Shown here: positions 15,001 through 25,620 of the stretch, piece after piece | How positions within the stretch are numbered: position 1 is the first letter of the stretch | Layout of the letters: each line of letters opens with the position of its first letter | DNA from: Haplodiscus bocki | Lineage: Eukaryota | Length of the DNA stretch: 64,000 bases | NCBI GenBank assembly: GCA_965655095.1 | Contig: OZ296656.1 | Coordinates: 21,390,001-21,454,000 of the forward strand | Direction: 5' to 3' | The notes under the pieces: generated by a model | What the model saw: only the letters and a program-made list of their open reading frames with translations | Databases searched by the model: none | What the model was told of the DNA's origin: nothing | Position numbers and translations under genes: made by a program

Positions 15001-18000
15001 TTTTAATTTTTGTTAAAAGCGCGTTCGTCTCAACTTTATCTACAGCACACGATAAGTGTACTTCTGACAAATGTGCTACTTTCTTGTCGCCAGAATTCCG
15101 CACTTTTCACTCAAATTCGGGAAAAAAATCTTACGTCATCTGGATTTTCCCCACCGAATTGACCTTAGGGACACGTAAGATGAAGTTTTCACCATGTTGA
15201 CGAAAACATTTCGCTCAAACAGTTTGCGTTCAAAATCAGGAAAAAAGTATTTTCCTCGCACCAAATTCACTAAATGTCCCACTAAAATTTGAAAAACTAC
15301 CTAAACCTTTTGAAATTAGTTTTCAATCACATTTTTTCTCTGTGCACACAAAATGCAGTTCTTGACAATTACACTGAAATGTTTCTGATCAAAATCAAAG
15401 TACGAAAAGTTTCCTGTGAGAACCGCAAAAAGAATATATAATTTATTCAAAAAACGATTTTGTCAACCAAATTTTGTGGACAAGTAGAATATAGTATACA
15501 CCATCCTGCGGAAAATCTTCCATTAAAAATCTGAAGGTGTTTTAATGAGTCCAAAAAAAACTATTTTTTGAATAACTCTTCAGATATGTTTCCAACGAAA
15601 CAATTCCTGAAGACATGAAAAAATTAATTTTGTTCCTAATTTTTTTCTGGCACAAAGTTCGAACTTTTTCAATCAACTTTTGCAAAAATTTTATTTTGCA
15701 GGAAGCTGTGAAACGATTTCATAACAAACATATTTCTTCTCAACGCAAAAAGCTGTTTTCACAAGTTTTCAGAATTTCTAATCCAAACATCCGACAAGTT
15801 ATTGATGAATGGGCGTATAAATATCAAAGCTCATAATCTTTTTTTTCAGAACTTGTTTTGCGCAAATTGTTCTTCAAGACACGGAAATGGACTTTCATTA
15901 ATCGTGCTTTTTTGCCCAAAATCAGTAGTTTCTTCGAACGAAGTTTAAAAAGAACATTGAAAGTTTTTGAACTGTTTTTCAATAAAATCATTTCCCAGAA
16001 AAAATAAAATGCAGTTTTGACAACCCTGCCGAAAAACTTTCCCTCGAAGTCCGAAGACTCTTGAACCGAAACCGAATGAATTTTATATCTTTTGGAAACT
16101 TTGTTTCTGCAAAACTTTACATCTATTCCAGTTTTGATAGCATCGCCACAAATTTCTCAATCGAATCCAATTTTTCTTTCGCTAAGGTTGCAAAAAATTA
16201 GTTTGATGAATCATTCCAACTATCTCTGAACACAAATGTTCTGCTGCACATATAAAAATGCTTTTGTGGCAGACTTGACGAAGATTGTTTGCTCATAGTC
16301 AGACTAGTTATCGGCAAGAGTCCGGACAAGTATTCAGCCAATAAATCCCAAAAGTGTTCTTTTCGACATATAGAATGCAGTTCCGAAAGGGCTCCAGAAA
16401 TTTTCAGCTCAAAGTCCACAAAAACCTGGAAAAAAGTAGTTTTTCGTCGGAAAGTGAATTTCAACCAAAATCATTTTTTATAGAAGTAAAATGCAGTTTT
16501 GACAAACCTGCAGAACTTTTTCCGCCCCAAACCCAAATGGCTTTTTTCAATGTTCACATTTTTTAATTTTTGTTAAAAGCGCGTTCGTCTCAACTTTATC
16601 TACAGCACACGATAAGTGTACTTCTGACAAATGTGCTACTTTCTTGTCGCCAGAATTCCGCACTTTTCACTCAAATTCGGGAAAAAAATCTTACGTCATC
16701 TGGATTTTCCCCACCGAATTGACCTTAGGGACACGTAAGATGAAGTTTTCACCATGTTGACGAAAACATTTCGCTCAAACAGTTTGCGTTCAAAATCAGG
16801 AAAAAAGTATTTTCCTCGCACCAAATTCACTAAATGTCCCACTAAAATTTGAAAAACTACCTAAACCTTTTGAAATTAGTTTTCAATCACATTTTTTCTC
16901 TGTGCACACAAAATGCAGTTCTTGACAATTACACTGAAATGTTTCTGATCAAAATCAAAGTACGAAAAGTTTCCTGTGAGAACCGCAAAAAGAATACATA
17001 ATTTATTCAAAAAACGATTTTGTCAACCAAATTTTGTGGACAAGTAGAATATAGTATACACCATCCTGCGGAAAATCTTCCATTAAAAATCTGAAGGTGT
17101 TTTAATGAGTCCAAAAAAAACTATTTTTTGAATAACTCTTCAGATATGTTTCCAACGAAACAATTCCTGAAGACATGAAAAAATTAATTTTGTTCCTAAT
17201 TTTTTTCTGGCACAAAGTTCGAACTTTTTCAATCAACTTTTGCAAAAATTTTATTTTGCAGGAAGCTGTGAAACGATTTCATAACAAACATATTTCTTCT
17301 CAACGCAAAAAGCTGTTTTCACAAATTTCCACAATTTCTAATCCAAACATCCGAAAAGTTATTGATGACTGGGCGTATAAATATCAAAGCTCATAATCTT
17401 TTTTTTCAGAACTTGTTTTGCGCAAATTGTTCTTCAAGACACGGAAATGGACTTTCATTAATCGTGCTTTTTTGCCCAAAATCAGTAGTTTTTTCGAACG
17501 AAGTTTAAAAAGAACATTGAAAGTTTTTGAACTGTTTTTCAATAAAATCATTTCCCAGAAAAAATAAAATGCAGTTTTGACAACCCTGCCGAAAAACTTT
17601 CCCTCGAAGTCCGAAGACTCTTGAACCGAAACCGAATGAATTTTATATCTTTTGGAAACTTTGTTTCTGCAAAACTTTACATCTATTCCAGTTTTGATAG
17701 CATCGCCACAAATTTCTCAATCGAATCCAATTTTTCTTTCGCTAAGGTTGCAAAAAATTAGTTTGATGAATCATTCCAACTATCTCTGAACACAAATGTT
17801 CTGCTGCACATATAAAAATGCTTTTGTGGCAGACTTGACGAAGATTGTTTGCTCATAGTCAGACTAGTTATCGGCAAGAGTCCGGACAAGTATTCAGCCA
17901 ATAAATCCCAAAAGTGTTCTTTTCGACATATAGAATGCAGTTCCGAAAGGGCTGCAGAAATTTTCAGCTCAAAGTCCACAAAAACCTGGAAAAAAGTAGT

Positions 18001-21000
18001 TTTTCGTCGGAAAGTGAATTTCAACCAAAATCATTTTTTATAGAAGTAAAATGCAGTTTTGACAAACCTGCAGAAATTTTTCCGCCCCAAACCCAAATGG
18101 CTTTTTTCAATGTTCACATTTTTTAATTTTTGTTAAAAGCGCGTTCGTCTCAACTTTATCTACAGCACACGATAAGTGTACTTCTGACAAATGTGCTACT
18201 TTCTTGTCGCCAGAATTCCGCACTTTTCACTCAAATTCGGAAAAAAAATCTTACGTCATCTGGATTTTCCCAACCGAATTGACCCTAGGGACACGTAAGA
18301 TGAAGTTTTCACCATGTTGACGAAAACATTTCGCTCAAACAGTTTGCGCTCAAAATCAGGAAAAATGTATTTTCCTCGCACCAAATTCCCTAAATGTCCC
18401 ACTAAAAACTGAAAAACTACCTAAACCTTTTGAAATTAGTTTTCAACCCCAATTTCTCTCTGTGCACACAAAATGCAGTTCTTGAGAACTACACTGAATT
18501 GTTTCTGTTCAAAATCAAAGTACGAAAAGTTTCCTGTGAGAACCGCAAAAAGAATTTATAATTTATTCAAAAAACGATTTTGTCAACCAAATTTTGTGGA
18601 CAAGTAGAATATAGTATACACCATCCTGCGGAAAATCTTCCATTAAAAGTCTGAAGGTGTTTTAATGAGTCCAAAGAAAACTATTTTTTGAAAAACTCTT
18701 CAGATATGTTTCCAACGAAACAATTCCTGAAGACATGAAAAAATTAATTTTGATCCTAATTTTTTTCTGGCACAAAGTTCGAACTTTTTCAATCAACTTT
18801 TGCAAAAATTTTATTTTGCAGGAAGCTGTGAAACGATTTCATAACAAACATATTTCTTCTCAACGCAAAAAGCTGTTTTCACAAATTTCCACAATTTCTA
18901 ATCCAAACATCCGAAAAGTTATTGATGAGTGGGCGTATAAATATCAAAGCTCATAATCTTTTTTTTCAGAACTTGTTTTGCGCAAATTGTTCTTCAAGAC
19001 ACGGAAATGGACTTTCATTAATCGTGCTTTTTTGCCCAAAATCAGTAGTTTTTTCGAACGAAGTTTAAAAAGAACATTGAAAGTTTTTGAACTGTTTTTC
19101 AATAAAATCATTTCCCAGAAAAAATAAAATGCAGTTTTGACAACCCTGCCGAAAAACTTTCCCTCGAAGTCCGAAGACTCTTGAACCGAAACCGAATGAA
19201 TTTTATATCTTTTGGAAACTTTGTTTCTGCAAAACTTTCCATCTATTCCAGTTTTGATAGCATCGCCACAAATTTCTCAATCGAATCCAATTTTTCTTTC
19301 GCTAAGGTTGCAAAAAATTAGTTTGATGAATCATTCCAACTATCTCTGAACACAAATGTTCTGCTGCACATATAAAAATGCTTTTGTGGCAGACTTGACG
19401 AAGATTGTTTGCTCATAGTCAGACTAGTTATCGGCAAGAGTCCGGACGAGTATTCAGCCAATAAATCCCAAAAGTGTTCTTTTCGACATATAGAATGCAG
19501 TTCCGAAAGGGCTGCAGAAATTTTCAGCTCAAAGTCCACAAAAACCTGGAAAAAAGTAGTTTTTCGTCGGAAAGTGAATTTCAACCAAAATCATTTTTTA
19601 TAGAAGTAAAATGCAGTTTTGACAAACCTGCAGAAATTTTTCCGCCCCAAACCCAAATGGCTTTTTTCAATGTTCACATTTTTTAATTTTTGTTAAAAGC
19701 GCGTTCGTCTCAACTTTATCTACAGCACACGATAAGTGTACTTCTGACAAATGTGCTACTTTCTTGTCGCCAGAATTCCGCACTTTTCACTCAAATTCGG
19801 AAAAAAATCTTACGTCATCTGGATTTTCCCAACCGAATTGACCCTAGGGACACGTAAGATGAAGTTTTCACCATGTTGACGAAAACATTTCGCTCAAACA
19901 GTTTGCGCTCAAAATCAGGAAAAATGAATTTTCCTCGCACCAAATTCCCTAAATGTCCCACTAAAAACTGAAAAACTACCTAAACCTTTTGAAATTAGTT
20001 TTCAACCCCAATTTCTCTCACAAAATACAGTTCTTGACAACTACACTGAAATGTTTTTGTTCAAAATCAAAGTACGAAAAGTTTCCTGTGAGAACCGCAA
20101 AAAGAATATATAATTTATTCAAAAAACGATTTTGTCAACCAAATTTTGCGGACAAGTAGAATATAGTATACACCATCCTGCGGAAAATCTTCCGTTAAAA
20201 GTCTGAAGGTGTTTTAATGAGTCCAAAAAACAACTATTTTTTGAATAACTCTTCAGATATGTTTCCAACGAAACAATTCCTGAAGACATGAAAAAATTAA
20301 TTTTGTTCCTAATTTTTTTCTGGCACAAAGTTCGAACTTTTTCAATCATCTTTTGCAAAAAATTTTTTTCGCAGGAAGCTGTGAAACATTTTCATAACAA
20401 ACATATTTCTTCTCAACGCGAAAATCAGTTTTCACAAGTTTTCAGAATTTCTAATCCAAACATCCGACAAGTTATTGATGACTGGGCGTATAAATATCAA
20501 AGCTCATGATCTTTTATTTCAGAACTTGTTTGGCGCAAATTGTTCCTCAAGACACGGAAATGGACTTTCATTAACCGTGCTTTTTTGCCCAAAGTCAGTA
20601 GTTTTTTCGAACGAAGTTTAAACAAAACATTGAAAGTTTTGGAACTGTTTTTCAAATGCAATCATTTCCCAGAAAACATAAAATGCAATTTTGACAAACC
20701 TGCCGAAAAACTTTTGATTGGAGTGAACATAGTGTCCGTCTAAAATCCCAAACAATCGATAGTTTTTTCCAAACAATATGTTTCTTCTAAGAAGGTCCTG
20801 TAGACAAGAATGGTATAGCTGTCACCACTCTTTTAAGGTTATTTTCGAGCAAAGTCTGAAAGTTTCGCTCCGAGGTCGGAAATTATTAGCTCAACCTCCA
20901 AAGAGATCTAACGAATTGGAAAATGTTTCAATTTTTCTCAATCAAACTTTTCCCGCGGGACAGCCAAAATGGAGTTTTGTCAACCCTGCCGTAAACTTTT

Positions 21001-22374
21001 CCCTCAATTTCCGAAAACTCTTGCTCAAAAACCGGATGAATTTTATGTCAATTGGAAACTTTGTTTCACCAAAATTTTCCATCTATTCCGGTTTTGATAG
21101 CGCCAGCACAAATTTCTCATCCGAATCCAGCTTTTCTTACACTCAGGATGCAAAAAATTAGTTTGATAAATCCTTTCAAATTTTTTTGAACAAAAATGTT
21201 ATTCTGCACACATGAAAGGCTTTTTTGACAAAGCTGGCGAAAATTGTTCGCTCAAAGTCCTATTAGTTATCGGTCAGAGTCCGGAAGAGTGTTTAACCAA
21301 AAAACCCCCCAAAGTAATTTTTTCGCCATGTAGAATGCAGTTTTGACAAGGCTGCAGAAGGTTTTGAAATTATTTTTGAACTTAGTTTTTAATCACAATT
21401 GTTTCCCTGGGCACACAAAAAGCAGTTTTTGAGTTTTTTGACAACTGCACTGAAATGTTTCTGTTCAAACTCAAAGTCCGAAAAGTTTCCGATCAAAACC
21501 CGAAATAGAATAAAATTTTTATTCATAAAAATTTGTTTTCGCCCAGAAAATCTTTTAGACAAGTAAATTGTAGTATACACCACCCTGTGGCGAACCTTTC
21601 GCTCAATGTCCGAACGTGTTTTGCGCAGTTCGGAAGAAAAACTAATTCATTGAGAAACTCTTCAGACATTTTTTCCAAGGAAACAGTTCCTGAGGACAAG
21701 AAAAGTTCTTTTTTGACAACTGCTCCGAACATTTTCTCGCGCAATTTTTGAAACTATTTCATCCAACTTTTGCAAAGAAAAAGGTCTTCAGATGTATATA
21801 GAGAAACTAAAAAGATGCATTTGGAGAAACTTTTTTTTTCTAAAAACCAAAACACAAAAAAAATAAAATTTTTCTTCTCAACACAAAATTAGAATTAATT
21901 TGGCGCATATTGTTCTTCACGACACGGAAATGCATTATTTACAATCGTGCCGTTTTTTTGCTTATAGTCAGTAATTTTTTTCAATCGAAGTCCAAAAAAA
22001 ATTTAAGCGTTCGAACTCATTTTCAACTGCAACTTTTTCCCAGAAGAGTTGAATTAATGTACTCACAACTCAGCCGAAAAAAATGTTCAGAATCAGAACA
22101 GTTCCCGCCCAAATTCCGAAAAAAAATTATATTTTTTTCCAAAAAAGTAGGTTTCTGCTGAGAAGGTCCGGTTGACAAATAGAAAACTGCTTTCACCACG
22201 CTTTGGAGATATAATCGTTCAAAATCCGAACATTTTACCGGAGTCCAATTTTCTTAACTCAAACTCCGAAGAGATCTAATAATTTCAAAACCATTCCTGT
22301 TTCCCATCAAACTTTTCCTCTGGACAGCCAAAACCAAGTTTCGACGACGCTGTTGAGAACCTCTCCCTCAAGGA
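1..22374 (+). repeat. Tandem satellite array; ~1.85-kb higher-order repeat of ~14 diverged 115-175-bp monomers
   Basis: The same landmark recurs at 227, 2077, 3926, 5773, 7626, 9475, 11321 and 13168 (periods 1846-1853). Within a unit a core like AATGCAGTTTTGACAACCCTGCCGAAAA recurs in degenerate form at ~65, 196, 313, 428, 560, 681, 854, 989, 1118, 1253, 1388, 1511, 1641 and 1797. The array begins before the window; the last ~1.4 kb is more diverged. Confidence 0.97.
12900..19140 (+). repeat. Four near-identical 1560-bp 12-mer HOR variant units
   Basis: The junction CAACCCTGCCGAAAAACTTTCCCTCGAAG occurs at 14461, 16021, 17581 and 19141 (periods 1561/1560/1560/1560). Each unit lacks the ~286-bp two-monomer block present in the 1.85-kb units. 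Confidence 0.95.
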
Positions 22375-23790
22375 TGTAGTACATACACAATTAGAGAATT
22401 AGGAAATATCATTGGACAAAATGTAATTTTGTATATCTCTTTATTTATGACATTTATTGAATGTTTAAGATCTAGATATAAATCTAGAGTTGAAGTATTA
22501 TCCAAGTAGAGAAATGTTGTATTCTAAAGAGAAATATCGAGAAATCAGAAAAATTGTTAGCGTTCGCGCAGTCAAGGAAATAACATCACGTCAAGCAACT
22601 TAGAAAAGGCCTGTGTATTTCTGTCAAATTTTTTTGCAGTATTAACTTAGGACCAACACACCATCTAAAAGTTCATAAAATGTGGTGCCATGACAGTGAA
22701 AATTCGTCCTCGTCAAGCTTCTCTACCTTCACGCTCAACAAGTTTTTTTCTTCCTTTTTCTTCCACATCTCCTTTTTCTTGTTTTTCTCCAAGGTTCGAA
22801 CGTCTTTTTATAGGAAACTCAAATGATCAACAAAAAATTCTTCACCTTCTTCAGTCGTTTCAACTCCAAACTTCCAGTCCTTTCGACTATGAAGTTTGAC
22901 AGTCGTTTTGACTCAAACTCGGCCACTTCTTGTATTTTCGCTTCGCTGTCAGTCTTAGTAACTGGATCCCGCCTAGACCCTCATTCAATTCCAATCTGGT
23001 TTCGCAAACTAGACCCCGAGTTTAGAATATTCTAGTGTTAAGGCAGCATTTGTTTTTCACCATCTTCAAATTTTACTCGACCATGGCGCCCTGTTTTTAC
23101 ATTTTGGTCGACCATTTTTTTAATTTAACGCCGACAAAAAATTTTATCAACCTCTCCGAAAATGTTCATCTTTTGCCCCTGTCAGGACTCATTCTTCCTC
23201 TGAGCTTTTTGTTACCACTCCCACTGAATCCTCTTTTACAGTTCAAGTTGACCTCTCTGAAAGTTTTCATTAGCAAAGTCTATTGTTTTTTTGTGGTCAA
23301 ATAATTTCATTTCTCGGAAAATTTCTTTTGACACCACTGTACTGTTGCAAAAATTTCATCTTTCATAAAATTCAACACATTCCTTGTAGGTAGTTTTCTA
23401 CTCTGTGGCTCCCTATTTTTCCTTTTCCAAACCGTAAGACTTACAGTCACAACACGAAATTTCCTTTGCCTAGCGTCTTTGGAATTTTATGTTGCTGAAT
23501 ACTAAGGTGCCTGTTCAAAACATAGTTAGGACTTGTTTGTCAACTAAGAGAGTTCCAAAATAGTAATGAACTCCGTTCTACCTATCGAAAACGTCTCATC
23601 TTGTAAAAAGTAAAAGTAAAATCCTGCAATCAGTATTGATCAGACCTTGTGAACGATCTTAAATTGTTCAGAATTTCACATTCTTTGTCTTAAAAGTAAT
23701 TTCCTTTGTCACTTTCCGCACCTTAAAAAATACCCTTTCACAGGGAAATATTTATCTGAAATTTGCTAGCAATAATTTGGTTGAACGCAG
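22375..23790 (+). repeat. 5' LTR plus leader of copy A (LTR 3' boundary undetermined)
   Basis: TG terminus; homologous along its length to 42276-40850 (- strand). PBS candidates are CA|TGGCGCCC at ~23084 or TGGTTGAACGCAG at 23778. No second LTR is available to fix the boundary. Confidence 0.7.
23083..23393 (+). pseudogene. Candidate ~103-aa hydrophobic leader ORF (needs one frameshift correction in a T-run)
   Basis: ACCATGG start and TAG stop are at equivalent positions in copy B (41560-41251). Reconstructed peptide: MAPCFYIL...LLPLSGLILPLSFLLPLPLNPLL...IISFLGKFLLTPLYCCKNFIFHKIQHIPCR. Confidence 0.35.
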
Positions 23791-23959
23791 TTTCATTAAG
23801 TTTTCTCACTTTACTGGCAACCCTTCTGGTTGAACGCAACTTTTTGGATAATTAATGTTTTATTCGTTCAGAATAATTTTTTATTTCATTTATACATATA
23901 CAACTTTCTGAATTTTTTTTCAAATATTTTTCTGCAAAAAATTATTTCAACAGTTTCTA

Positions 23960-25620
23960 TACTGATTACTGAATCCTTTCGAATTCAAATATTTCTAATT
24001 CTTCTCCAAGTTTTACTAATTTATCAAGACCTCCCTTGGCCTCGCTAAATGTTGCTGATACTTACCCATTGAATAGGAACAACAATGATTGAGTTCAAAC
24101 AAATACTAATTAAAATGCCACTGCAAATCCATGTCAAAGGTTATATCAACCACACGCTGCGCCTAATATAGGTCCCTCTGCAGCTTTATCTTCATCATCC
24201 TCCACTGTAAATCCAATAAACTTTTCTGCTGTAATTATACAAAACTATGCTCTACCTTTTATATCAATGAACAAATCGGTGAAAATTTTTGATGAACTTG
24301 ACCATCAATACACTGTTGACGAATTTTTACATCAACTTGATGCACGCATGATTTTCACTATCGGAGAACAACATCTCGATCTTGTGGCTTAAAAATCAAG
24401 GGCAAAAAAGAAAAAGGCATATATACAGTGTTCCTTATCTGGAATAGACTTCAGCTTGTATTTTTGACTGCCTGGAAGTTACTAAAAACACTGGTCTGCT
24501 TTGGTATAAGCACTCAAAAAAATAACTTTCTTCACAGAAAATTGCTTATTACGCACAAATCGAAATTCAAGCTTTAAGGAAAAAAGAAACTGGCAACGTG
24601 CGTCGTTATGTTTCAAGAGTTGAAGAATTAGTTGAAAAATGCTAGTGTAAAGAATTTGCTGCACCTGTTGACCTCAAGTGTAATGAAACTTTCACTGAAG
24701 AAATACCCGAAAAACTGAAAGAACTTGTCCATAAACGCCAAGTCAAAAATACATCGACCACTATGGAACTATCCATTCCATTTCGAACACTGGCTAAAGT
24801 TATTGATGCTGGAGAAATAACGAATGAAGAAATTCGTACTCTCGATCTACCACCAAAAATAATAAAGTAACATCTAAGCTGGAACTCAAAATTCAACCGC
24901 TGAAACTTATGATGCGAATCCTGAAATCATGTTAAAATCGGATCCGATTATTCAGAACAAACCTCAGTTTCGGAAAAACTGTAATTTTTGTCATAAATGC
25001 AATCACTCTAGTTCAATTTGTTTTCGCAAACAACGCGAAGATGAAGAAATAAAACCGATTTCTTACTCTCGATCAACATCACCTCTGAAATCATTTAACC
25101 AATACTTCAAAGCATGCCGAAATCAAAGATATGCAAATGAAAAACCTTCGATTTATCCTGTAAGCTAATCTTCTCAAAAAACTATTAGGAATCACAAAAC
25201 CGTTAAAATTCAAAAAATGGATTTCTTCCCTAGCGATCCTCTCATTTTAGATCACCTTCAGTTTCACGTCGATCAAGTGATAACTCTCGTTCTCGACATC
25301 GTTATCGCGAAAAAACAATTTGAATCTGATCGAACTCCATCATGTTCAAGATATACTGAATTTTATAACAAATGAAGAAATTCTAGATCTCCTTATTACT
25401 CCTCCTTCAGAATTAAACGCTACCGTTTTTTTCTAGATCCAACTCTAGGAATCGACTCTACTTTAGAAATGATAACTTTTCATGTTGACCTCCGTCAAAA
25501 CCACGTTCCAGATCTGCGTCTGCATCTAGAAGATTCTGTAGTAACATAGAATCAGGTTCCTCTGAAAAACATGACCACAACAGTGGGAATATTTCCACCT
25601 CGAGAGACAAACTTGAAGTC
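23960..25620 (+). pseudogene. gag: gag of copy A (internally deleted, frameshifted)
   Basis: CX2CX4HX4C knuckle CNFCHKCNHSSSIC at ~24979-25020. Capsid-like FDELDHQYTVDEFL at ~24290. Arg/Ser-rich tract at 25060-25540. Confidence 0.85.

Noticed and set aside
1-22374. Dozens of recurring 60-130-aa ORFs in the satellite (also 42277-57231)
   Set aside because: They recur only because the DNA repeats. They are F/K/S-rich translations of A/T tracts, overlap in several frames, and are broken differently in each unit.
1-22374. CRISPR-like array (palindromic repeat plus variable spacers)
   Set aside because: The cores are highly degenerate, the 'spacers' are ~100 bp and repeat in every HOR unit, there are no cas genes, and the context is eukaryotic.
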